A DNA stretch of 64,000 bases from Gekko japonicus (lineage: Eukaryota), in NCBI RefSeq assembly GCF_001447785.1, contig NW_015174925.1, positions 112,229 through 176,228 on the forward strand, read 5' to 3'. Below are positions 38,748 to 49,692 of the stretch, one piece after another. The notes below the pieces were generated by a model, which ran no database searches, had not been told where the DNA came from, and was given only the letters and a program-made list of their open reading frames with translations. The position numbers were made by a program, and so were the translations under genes. Position 1 is the first letter of the stretch. Each line of letters begins with the position of its first letter.

Positions 38748-39293
38748 TTATTTTTCTCTTTCCTCCTCCATCTTCTGTTCTTCTGTCTCAAACCTTCTAC
38801 TACTTCTGTGGTCTTTGCACAACCTTAGAATTCCTAAACTTTCTTTTCTATATCTCCATCTTTCCTCTTTCCAAACTTTACAACCTTCTTTCTCCTTCTT
38901 CTGCCTCTTTCTATGTCTTTCAATCCTTCCCTCTCTCTTACTTCTAGGCTTTTGTCTCCATTTCTTCCCTTTTAACAGTCCTTTCAACAGTCTGTTTACA
39001 TCTCTAGCCACTTGGTTATTAAGTCTCTCTCTTTTTCTTCCATAGGGTAAGCTGTCTGTAGTTTGTACGGTTTCTGGTTGTTCTACTGTGAAAATGTCCC
39101 TTTCTTCGTGTTGATCTTCCTCGGGAATCTCTTTGGGCAAATTTTGTCCCTGATTTTCTCTTCCTCCCACTCCATTCTCCGTGCCTCCAAATTTTTCTAG
39201 TATTTCTCTGCATGCCTCCTTGCGGCATCTCTGAACAGCCTCTTGGACAGCCTCTTGGATTGTTTCTCTTAGGGCTTTCAAAAAATCTTCCAT
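38748..39293 (-). CDS. 181-aa charged helical ORF of the non-autonomous L1-like element (ORF1-like N-terminus)
   Basis: MEDFLKALRETIQEAVQEAVQRCRKEACREILEKFG aligns by eye with MEQFIRAIREAVRRGCEEACVELRKEYG in 56762-57139. Confidence 0.5.
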   Translation of the reverse strand: MEDFLKALRETIQEAVQEAVQRCRKEACREILEKFGGTENGVGGRENQGQNLPKEIPEEDQHEERDIFTVEQPETVQTTDSLPYGRKRERLNNQVARDVNRLLKGLLKGKKWRQKPRSKREGRIERHRKRQKKEKEGCKVWKEERWRYRKESLGILRLCKDHRSSRRFETEEQKMEEEREK

Positions 39294-39465
39294 CTTTATT
39301 TAACAGTCTATGCCCCTTTCTTCTCTGCCAAAGTCTGAACCAACCCGATGCAATGCCTCTCCTCTTCCCCTCAGAACAATAGAGCAACTTACAATTTGTC
39401 CGTTTCTTTTCCCGGCTGCTCTTTCTTCCATGAAGGACGAATTTCTTTTTATAAGGAGAGGTAAG

Positions 39466-39745
39466 AGAGCCAGTTTGGTGTAGTGGTTAAGTGTGCGGAC
39501 TCTAATCTGGGAGAACCGGGTTTGATTCCCCACTCCTCCACTTGCACCTGCTGATGTGACCTTGGGTCAGTCACAAGCTCTGGCACAGCTGTCCTTGAAA
39601 AAGAGCAGTTTGTGTCAGAGTTCTCTCAGCCCCACCCACCTCACAGGGTGTCTGTTGTGGGGAGGGGAAGGGAAAGGAGTTTGTAAGCCACTCTGAGACT
39701 CCAAGTGAAGGGCGGGGTATAAATCCAATCTCTTCTTCTTCTTCT
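39466..39745 (+). mobile_element. Young full-length Squam3-like SINE
   Basis: Intact A/B boxes, L2-like tail and (TTC)n; near-identical to the copy at 54734-55135. Confidence 0.93.
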
Positions 39746-40550
39746 AATTTCTCTTTCTCTTTTTAGCTTCTTTTCTGTGCTCCTGGGTAGCTGCCAATTG
39801 TTACCAATTGTAATCCTTTAGATGTGGAGATAAAAGCAACGGATGGCCGCGTTTGGTAGAACATGGCTGGTGGCCATGTTCCTCCTTTCGATTGCCTCGG
39901 CGTCGGGGCTGGAACTGGACACCCCCCACCNNNNNNNNNNNNNNNNNNNNNNNNNNNNNNNNNNNNNNNNNNNNNNNNNNNNNNNNNNNNNNNNNNNNNN
40001 NNNNNNNNNNNNNNNNNNNNNNNNNNNNNNNNNNNNNNNNNNNNNNNNNNNNNNNNNNNNNNNNNNNNNNNNNNNNNNNNNNNNNNNNNNNNNNNNNNNN
40101 NNNNNNNNNNNNNNNNNNNNNNNNNNNNNNNNNNNNNNNNNNNNNNNNNNNNNNNNNNNNNNNNNNNNNNNNNNNNNNNNNNNNNNNNNNNNNNNNNNNN
40201 NNNNNNNNNNNNNNNNNNNNNNNNNNNNNNNNNNNNNNNNNNNNNNNNNNNNNNNNNNNNNNNNNNNNNNNNNNNNNNNNNNNNNNNNNNNNNNNNNNNN
40301 NNNNNNNNNNNNNNNNNNNNNNNNNNNNNNNNNNNNNNNNNNNNNNNNNNNNNNNNNNNNNNNNNNNNNNNNNNNCTGCCGAAGGCGGGGGCCCCAGAAC
40401 GAACGCCCCCTACTCCAGCTCCCACCACCAGGTCACTGGCCGGGCTCCCCTGACAAGCAGGGGGCTCGGCCGAGGCAAAAGTGGTGTGGGCGGGGGCGGA
40501 GCTCAGCACGCTCCCACCCGCCCGTCAACGCGCCGTACCGGAAGTTGCTC

Positions 40551-40958
40551 GAGTCACTCCTCACTTCTTCAGATACTAGAAAGTGAGTCCATCTGTCCTT
40601 ATATATTAGAGAGTGAAGTGATTTCAGACAGCAAATAACAATAGCAGGCATGGGTAATGAGAGAAGAAACCTAGGTCTCAATTCAGTCCAGGAACATGCA
40701 TTGTCTTGAGGTTCATTATCAGTTGCAATTCAGCAGTCTCTCTTTCTAATCTCCCTTTCAAATTCCTTTGTAAGATAATTGCTAATCTTAGGTCAGTAAC
40801 TGAATGTCATGGAAGGTTAAAATGTCCCTCCACTAGTTCTTTAATATTGTGGTTTCTAATAGCAATAGAAAAAGTAAAAGTCCAGTAGCACCTAAAAGAC
40901 TAACAAAATTTATGGTAGGGTATGTGCTTTCATGAGTCATTGCTCATTTCTTCAGACA
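40551..40958 (-). mobile_element. Penelope-like element fragment: GIY-YIG endonuclease C-terminus flanked by pLTR/hammerhead motifs
   Basis: Minus strand 40860-40680 reads IRNHNIKELVEGHFNLP*HSVTDLRLAIILQRNLKGRLERETAELQLIMNLKTMHVPGLN. The motif CTGAAGA-A-ATGAG-caatga-CTCAT-GAAA lies at about 40955-40928. Confidence 0.85.
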
Positions 40959-41204
40959 TTTCCATTTATTCTTTGCATCCTCCTGGACTGGATCCTCCTG
41001 TACCAAACCGAGACCTATGTTTCCTGTCTCATTACCAGTGCTGATCTCTCCATGCCTACTATCCCACTGCATATCACACCTAATCCAATCACACCTGCTA
41101 TTGCCATTTGCATTTGAAATCATCTTTATAAAGTACCTCTTATTACATTTTATGGCACACATGGCCCAGCCCAACAAAATGACATTTATGTCAGAACTGG
41201 CATC

Positions 41205-41510
41205 ATGAGTGCCACAGGAGGTGGCGGTGGCTACAAGCATGGATGGCTTCAAAAGGGAATTAGATAAGCATATGGAGCAGAGGTCCATCAGTGGCTATTA
41301 GCCACAAGGTATGGATAGGGGCTCTGGGGTAAGTGATGCTCTGTCTTCTTGGTGCTTGGGGGGGTCAACAGTGGGAGGGCTTCTAATGTCCTGGACCCAC
41401 TGGTGGACCTCCTGATGGCACCTAGTATTTCTGGCCACTGTGTGACACAGAGTGTTGGACTGGATGGGCCTTTGGCCTGATCCAACATTGGCATCTCTTA
41501 TGTTCTTATG
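41205..41510 (+). mobile_element. CR1 LINE 3' end
   Basis: GATGGCTTCAAAAGGGAATTAGATAAGCATATGGAG...GGACTGGATGGGCCTTTGGCCTGATCC and (TTCTTATG)n tail. Confidence 0.88.
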
Positions 41511-42149
41511 ACAAATGAGTACAACACCTCTGATGTAGAGAGCTCTTCTTTTAATGATACTCTGGAGGAAGACTTAAGTTCTTATGTTGCTTTCTCAGCT
41601 TCAGAGCAGACAGCAATCACTGATAGTTTGGATCAACTGAGATCTAGACTTCTGGTAATTAAGAAGGGTTGCTCAGCATTAACGGCCCAGATCTCCCTTT
41701 CCCAAAAGGTGGGTGCTGAAGTGGTTTTTGGTAAAGCCAGCTCTAGCCCAAACTTCCTCTGGCTTATTCAACCCTCCAGAGGTACCTTCTGAAGACAAAG
41801 TGCTTCCCCCATCCAATGAATGTATTTATATTCATCCCGCTAATGCAGGTGAGGGAAATGAGGTAATACCCAAGTGCTGCACTGAGGATTTTGAATTGGG
41901 AGCAACAGGGACTTTGACACAGAATGTAGTGGATAACTCCCCCAACCCCACATAAAGTGTCTTCCCTCAAAAATGGATGTATTTTTGTAGACTCAGAGTG
42001 TCAAATTCTATTTGGATAGAATTGGTTCAATTGACAACTACAATGATTGTCCTGGAACCTTGTAGGGGGGGAACAGGTGTCCAGGAGTGCTTCCTCACTG
42101 ACCATGTTGTGTCCTGCTGGCTGGGATATTCTTGTAAAATGGGAAGTGA

Positions 42150-44411
42150 TTAGTTCCATGAAGGGTGACGAGATACGGAAATGCTCGGACCCCTTCTAAT
42201 CTCCATCCCGTCCCAAGGAATGACAGTGTGCAGGCCCAGTTAATTCCCTTCTCTTCTACTGTGATGCTGTGTAATGCCAGGTCAGTAAGAAATAAGACCA
42301 CAATTCTCCAGGAGACTATCTTGGAGAGATGCCTTGACTTGGCATGCTTGACTGAGACCTGGGTGGGTGAGGTAGTTCCCCCAGGATACTCAATCCTCCA
42401 TCAACACCTGAGGGATTGGGGGGGGGCTCAGAGTGGTAATATTCACCCAGGCCTGTTTTCCCTTCCAGAGGATCCCTGCACCAAACATCACTGCCCTTGA
42501 ATGTGTTGGCCTGGCTTGGGGTGTCATGGAGAGGTTGGGAGCCCTGCTGGTGTACCAGTCACCCAGCTCACCAGCAGACTCCCTTCTGAGGCTATCAGAG
42601 GCAATAGCTGAATGGACACTACATTTCCCTGGACTGTTGATCTTGGGGGACTTTAACGACCATGCAGAGACTTACTTACGTGGTGCAGCCTCAGACTTCA
42701 TGGCTGCTATGACAACATTCGGACTCTCCCAGGTTGTATCAACCCCCACACGTTAAACAGGACGTATGCTAGATTTTATCTTTTGCACAAGGCTTGATCT
42801 AAATAGTGCAATTGGTTGTGAACCACTGCCATGGTCAGGCCACATCCTTGTAAGGGTTGGTTTGGGGATGGCCATTCCCCCCTACAGGGGCAATGAATGC
42901 TTGCTCGCGGAGACTAACAGACCCTGATGGTTTCCAAAACGCTGTCAGATTTATCTGGACCTGCCAGAAGTTCCCTCAATGAGCTGACTGAGATTTGGAA
43001 CAGAGGTCTTCAGGAAGCTATCAATCGGATTGATCCCCTGCACCCTCATGTCTCTGAGGCTCCTTGGTATAATGAGAGTCTAAGAGATTTTAAGACGTTC
43101 AGATGGCTAGAGCAGAATTGGCAATAAACACAGGATGGAGCTGTGAGAACACACTACAGAGCCCAACTGAAGGCCTATGAGGTGTCAGTGAAAGTGGCGA
43201 AAAGATTATTTTGTCGCCTCCATTGCATCCACTAGCTGGCAACCAGCTCAGTTATTCAGATTGGTTTAACAACTGACCACCTCTTTGGCTGCTGAATTTG
43301 ATAACAGTAGTGGGATGGGGGCTCCGCTTGCAGTCTGGTTCTTTTTTGGACTCCTTCAGCCTTGCGGATCTTGACAGGATCCTGACAGCTGTGAAGCCAA
43401 CTACCTGCTCCTTGGATCCTTGTCCCTCGTGGCTGGTAAAATCATGCCACGAAGTGGTAAGTGGCCCTTTGAGACAGATTATTAATTTGTCTCTCTCACA
43501 GTACTGTTTCCCCAGCCCTCTTAAGGAAGCAATTGTTAGACCTTTGCTAAAGAAACCCTCCTTAAATAAAAAGGAGCTGGCCAATTACCGCCCAATGTCT
43601 AATCTGCCTTTTCTGAGGAAGGTAACTGAGTGAGCAGTAGCCGAACAGCTCCAGGTTTTACTGGATGAGACATCTGCCCTGGGCCCTTTTCAATCAGGCT
43701 TCAGGCCTGGCTTTGGGACTGAAACAGCACTGGTTGACGATCTCCGTTTACATCTGGATAAAGGCATGCCAGCCCTTTTGATTCTTCTGGATCTATCAGC
43801 AGCCTTTGATACAGCTGACCATTTGGGGGTAAGGGCCTCCCTGTGGGTAAGGGGCACTGCCTTTAGTTGGTTCTCCTTGTTTCTCCAGGGATGCTCTAAG
43901 AGGGTCACTACTGGGGAGGAGATGTCTTCCCAATGAGACCTGAACTGTGGGGTCGCACAGGGTTCTATCCTTTCTCTGATGTTATTTAACATATACGAGA
44001 TTGTCAGGAGGTTTGGAGTTGGGTGCCACCAATATGCTAATGACACTCAGTTCTTTCTCCTGCTGCATAAGTAGCTGGCAGCAGGACTCTTGGCACTATT
44101 CCAGTGCCTAGATGCAGTAGTCCAATGATTAAGAGGAAGCAGGCTGAAGTTGAATCCATCCAAGATGGAGGTCATGTGGCTGGGAAAGACTGAAATGCTA
44201 GCTAGAGAGTCACTCCCAAGACTCAGACTTAAATAAAGCTTTATGTGTGTGTGTGTAGACTCTGTAAAGAGCCTCGCAGTAACTTTATGTGTGTGTGTGT
44301 GTGTGTGTAGACTCTGTAAAGAGCCTCGCAGTGTGGTTGGGCTCTGCGCTAACACTAGATAGTAGCATGGTCAGCATTTTTTCACCTATGCCAGGCCCAC
44401 CAGCTGGCTCC

Positions 44412-44442
<31 letters not shown>

Positions 44443-45340
44443 TACCTTCAATTTCTAGACCGTTCATCCCCGAAGGGCTCTGAGTGGTTTACATAGTAGT
44501 ACAATTTAATTATCTTACTAGGGCCACAAACAATGGGGGGGAAAGTGATTACCTAACAGGCACCCCGCGGTAGGGTTTCTTGATCGTTGTTTTTCCTGCG
44601 GAGGTTCTTTCCAAGTCCTAGGTGGCAGCGTCTGGGTCTTATTTGTCTGGGTCGGACCTTGCCACATTGATCCATGCAATAGTAACCTTCAGACAGGACT
44701 ACCACAATTCACTCTATGTAGGGCTACCCATGAAAATGCTTCGGAAACTTCAGGTGGTCCAGAATACAGCTGCCAGGTTGCTGACTGGAACATCATGGTC
44801 AGCTCATATTACTCCAGTTCTGCGGCAGCTGCACTAGCTACCAATTAGTCTCTGAATCCATTTCAAGGTGTTGATGTTAACTTTTAAAGCCCTTAACGGT
44901 TTGGGACCCTCATACCTATGGGACCACTTCTCCCATTACAACCTCCCATACTCCGTTCAGAAATCTTCTATGGGCCTCTTGCAGGTGCCTGGCCCCAGAA
45001 TGGCTTGGTTAGCTGCCACTAGGGGAAGGGCTTTCTCAGTTGTGTCCCCTACCATGTGGAATGCACTCTCGGATTACACCTGTGCCCTGACACACTTGCT
45101 TAGTTCCTGCAAGGCATGGAAAGCTGAATTATTTAGGTTGGCCTTTGGAGGCCATGTTTTATGTTTGAGATGTTTTAATGGTGGTATGGTGATAGCCACA
45201 TATTTTAATATTTGAATGTTAATATGTTATATTTGTTATTTATTTTAGGGGGGGTTGGTTGTTTTTACCTTATTGGTTTTAATGTTGTAAGTCGCCACAA
45301 GACCCTTTGGGTGAGTGGCAACTTTAAAAATCTAATAATT
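42150..45340 (+). mobile_element. Decayed L2-clade LINE (APE, RT, tail)
   Basis: CNARSVRNK...LTETW; LILGDFNDH; TTCSLDPCPSWLVK...NYRPMSNLPFL; LIHAIVTFRQDY...LRQLH. Multiple stops and frameshifts. Confidence 0.9.
44418..44637 (-). mobile_element. 3' fragment of the composite SINE-like family (third copy) inserted into L2
   Basis: Reverse complement shares GGGTGC(C)TGTTAGG, TGTGGCC.TAG.TAAG and TGTAA.CC.CTCAGAG with 5928-6010; (TAAA)n tail; TSD CTTATTT. Confidence 0.6.
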
Positions 45341-45372
45341 TTTTTTTAAGACAGAAATCAAAATCCCAATGA

Positions 45373-45591
45373 TAGGGTTGCCAGCTCCAGATTGGGAAAT
45401 GCCTGGAGGTTTTGGGGGTGGAGCCTGAGGAGGGCAGGGTTTCAGGAGGGGAGGGACTTCAGTGGGGTATAATACCATAGAGTCCACCTTCCAATGCGGC
45501 CATTTTCTTCAGGTGAACTCATCTCCATTGCCTGGAGATCATTTGTAATCCCAGGAGATCTCCAGCCTCTACTTGGAGGTTGGCAGCCCTG
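45373..45591. mobile_element. hAT-type MITE (TAGGGTTGCCA termini)
   Basis: TAGGGTTGCCAG...TTGGCAGCCCTG. Confidence 0.75.
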
Positions 45592-48460
45592 CCTATGGAG
45601 GTGGTCTCTGTAAGGGACAGGATCAAACCTCTTAAGACAAAGAGAAAGAACATGCACATGTGGGCATGTAGCAGCTCTTGCTGGTCAACCTGGAAGGCAC
45701 ACAATAGGCATCCCTCTGGAACACCTCACACCCTATCACCAACACTTCTCTCTTCTGCTTATTATCTTGTCATGATGCAACTTCTTCTGTCTCCATGTGG
45801 TATATCAAAGTCATATTTTTCAACACATCCCCCCTCGAAATAAAACACATCAGCAGTTTGCTGTAAAGTCTTGTATGGTGACCTTCTTCACTACTGGCAC
45901 TGCTTCAAAGCAGATCACATTGCGTTTATTGTGCAAAATTCCTAATTTCAGGGAGAAGAGATAGTTGCAGTTTTATGGAAATCATAAGCCTCTATAAATA
46001 TCAAAACAAGGCACTGTTTCTGGTAAACTTGCTCAGTGTAATTTGTGTCTGTGGTTATGTGAGAGGAAGCGAGTAGCATTCCCACAACAGTCATATCACC
46101 CTTTTGCACTCTGAATAATATTTGCCAAAGTCTTTTCCGTCCCCACCGCAACATTTGCCACCCAAAATAAATTAGCACAGCTCACAATAAATAAATATAC
46201 CATAAACGCTGCCCGTAAATAGGTTCTCTTTTTAATAATAACCCTGTGAACTCTCAGACTATGAGCAAATTACAAACTCTGTATTTTATTTACCATGAAT
46301 ATTATTTTTCATTTTAAAAAAGCCCCAGCAACTGCATAAATAAATTTCCTTTCCAAAATAAGTTGGACATCATGGACAAGGATCCTACTTTACTATAAGT
46401 CAGAAACAAAATTTTGTTAGCAAAGATTCTGCTGAATATATTAGGCAAAAATGATATATGTTGGGTAGATCCTACGCAGTTATTTGTTATAATAACCTGA
46501 ATGGGCTATCTATTTATTCACATTCCACCTTTCTCCTTTCTTGGATCTCAAGGTGACATACAGCCCTCCAATCCGGGCGCTAACCCAATCCAAATGTGTT
46601 CAACTTCCAAGCAAAGTTGCTGTATGACGTGCCTTCTTATCATATGTAAATTTCATTTAGTATTAGTAGAAATGGTAAAAATGGTAACAATTTGCCTCAG
46701 ACTAGAAGTGACCTTTCTAGACCCAGGTCCCACATTTAACCTCATGGGACCTACTGAACTACAACTGCAATGACAGGAAGTCATGTGACATCACAGTCAT
46801 GTGATGACAAGAAGAGGAGCCAAAGTGCTCTTCTGTGTTCTGGTTAGTTATGGAATTCCATTTGATTGGTCGCAATGTTGTAGACAGAAGACCACCTCTG
46901 GCTGCAAATGTTTAAGTATTGTACATCCTACAAGTATCGGAGGACTTACTGGGCAGGTTGAAGAGACAGCAGGAAAGTATTTGCATATGCTGAAAAGGAA
47001 GTTTCATCACTACTGAATGACATTACCTTGCCGTCCTGCTGCTCCTCCCATGGTATGTTAGTTATGGAGTTTCATTTGCTTGGTTGCAATGTTGTAGTGC
47101 TTTAGAAGCCCCGATTTTGCTGTTTTAGGGAAGGACTTGAGAACAAGTGAACCAAAGGTCATGAATCTCAGGTTAAAGACTCAGACACAACCATAGCAGG
47201 AACATGGGAAATAGAATGATAGGGATAGTTGGCAAGGCCAACAAAGATCTATTCATTTTACGGACTTAAAACCCCAGATAAATCTGTCCTGAAATTTAAT
47301 TCATGGCATAAACACAGCCAAGGAAGGAAGGAAGGAAAGAAGGAAGGATGGATGGATTCATTTTTTGGTCACTTTACAAATGTTTACATTGGATTCAGCT
47401 GCATTTAAGCATCTGAGTTCATGGTACTGCACATGAGCTACTGTAAGACAGAGCAAGGGGTGGTGGCAATGCATTTCTGGGTAGGGTTGCCAAGCACAGC
47501 ACTGGCTACCAGCAGAAGTTTGGCCGGAGGAGCAACTTTACTTCCAGCACTGGAACACTTCTGTGAGTATGCTCAGAGCATATGGGTTGCTGGGAGTTGT
47601 CGTTTGTATCTGAGACAGAATCTGTTGCTGAAATTAAGGGTCTAATAAGGGGCCATGATAGCAGTGTTTGTTCTTTCTAACTGGTAGCAGTGTGTGAGTG
47701 CATGTGGAAGGAGGAGACAGTGAGGCTTGTGAGAATGTTGGAAATTCTCCAGGCACCAGTTGGAAAGGGAACAAGACCTGGACCGCAAAATGAGTCCAAA
47801 CTTCAAATATGTTAATTCACACATGAATCAAATAAAGTCCAAAACAGCCATTAAACAAACCCATTGTGAACTCAGCACAGAGCAGTTTGACTGTCACTAA
47901 AGAAAGGGGCCTTGTCTATATGCAGCAGAATGAGATGCTATAGTCAGTCCTAAAATGGGTGAACATAGAGTGGACAAGGAGCTCTAACTTCTGTTTCATT
48001 ACCATGCATGTAAGGGGGAGAGGCATCCTTTCACTACGTTGAGAGATCATGGGAAAATATTAACTCCCCCCCCCTTTTATTCATAATATTAACAAGGGTT
48101 TGCTGCTATACTACTATTAAATACTTTTAAGTTGCCAACCAGGATAGGGATGAGGAGTTGAAACCAAAACTGATAGCTCGGAGAAGGGGTAGTTAGAAGG
48201 AGGGAGAGAGAGATGATGGGATATCATGAAAGAAAGAGAGCAAAATGGAGAAAAGGAAGAGAAAGAAAACAGGAAAGGTTGTTTTATTTTCTACAACACA
48301 CTAAGGAAGATCTGACTGAACATAAAAACTACGGAGCTGGTGGAAGAAAAGGAAGAGAGAAACAGACTGCTGGAAACAACAACCTTGTTAGGAGGCTGCA
48401 GTCTAGCAATGACTGTTGCAGCCATAAGCTGCACAGGCTGGTCTTGTCTTGCTTCAGTGC

Positions 48461-49692
48461 TAGGGTTGCCATTTGCCTGGTGGGGGCAGGGGATCCTGAT
48501 CTTCCAGGGTCTGGCCAGCTGGCCAGCGGGAGGAAATCCCTCCAACAGCGACATTGTATGCGATGTGCCTGCATCACCTAGCACATCAGCAACATCAAGG
48601 GTGATGCCCTGGATTTTGGGCAAAAATCTATAGTTTGATGCCGATTTTACCATAGAGTTTTCCCCAAATCCACAGCATCACCCCAATGACATGTTGTACA
48701 GGATCCTGCCCCCACGCCTGACTAGGAATGAGGGGAGAACTCCTGTATTTTTACAATACAATAGCAACAACAATACCCAGCTCTGGCACCTCCTCAGAGA
48801 TACACTCTTTTAAGGCTCAATGGTAGCGTGTAGCCCAGCTAGGCACACAAGAATCTAGGCTTAGAGTCCAGTTACTCATCAGCAGACAGTATCTATGAAC
48901 AAGAGTAAGGTTTATTTAGCACAGAACTTGCAATCAGAACTAGAATAGATTATAAAATAATAACCTGGCAATGTTTTGCCTAACTACACGATAGAGCATA
49001 TTTACCAACAGCAAGGTGGGTCAATAGTCCATAGTAAGAGTCCAATATCTTGAGAAAGAATAGCTGCATCCTTGTGGGCCCAGAGCCATGTGCTTCAGCC
49101 CACAAAGAATCCTTTGTCTGCCTCAACCCATAGCAGAGACAACATTCCAGGGTACAGGCAGGAAAAAAGAGAGAGCAAGCCAAAAAAGTGAGCTCCTCTC
49201 TAAGGCTTAGCCAATTTGAACCCCAATCTCATTATGACCGGCCCTGGCCAGTAGCCAACCACAATGAGACAGGTACTTTCCAAATTTGGGGTTGTCATGG
49301 TAAATGGGTGGGAATAGGTTGGGTTCAGAGACCAGCCCCTGCAGAAAGCTGATCCTCTGACCCCCTCCCATCCAGGAGCCTACGTGCATCTCTGCCATGC
49401 TTCAGCAGAGGCATTTGGTTTATGGGGGCACTTTGAGCAAATGGTCAGCCATCTGGCTTCGAGAGGAAATCAAACCAACAGGGGGTACATTCCAAAGGGG
49501 AAACATGAGCTCCAAGAGAGAAACATGAGCCTACTGAACATTCAAAGGGAGACATAAGGCCTACAGGAATTAATATTTCTATACGCATGTCACATGTGAC
49601 ATCACTGTTTGGAGGGGGGTGGCATCACTTCCCACTCCCAGAGCGTCCCCCCCATCCCCCCACCAGTGGACAAAAGGGACCTGGCAACCCTA
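48461..49692. mobile_element. hAT palindromic MITE interrupted by a solo LTR
   Basis: TIRs TAGGGTTGCCA / TGGCAACCCTA; TSD TTCAGTGC / TTTAGTGC. Confidence 0.85.
48695..49585 (-). mobile_element. Solo LTR (891 bp)
   Basis: TGTA...TACG termini (terminal CA altered); 5-bp TSD CATGT; AATAAA on the minus strand at about 48912. Confidence 0.7.

Larger units (their letters stand above)
37344..40550 (-). mobile_element. Non-autonomous L1-like retroelement with short ORF (copy B), containing a SINE and gap 39931-40375
   Basis: GC-rich 5' end ACTTCCGGTACGGCGCGTTGACGGGCGGGT; ORF 39293-38748; A/G-rich body; 3' AAAACTCAATAAA, A-run and (GAA)n; TSD GAGTCACT(G/C)CTCACT (37329-37343, 40551-40565). No RT or endonuclease motifs seen. 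Confidence 0.75.

Noticed and set aside
41508-41955. Two short Ser/acidic ORFs as host exons
   Set aside because: No convincing splice sites; they lie immediately 5' of a decayed L2 and may be its leader or ORF1 remnant.
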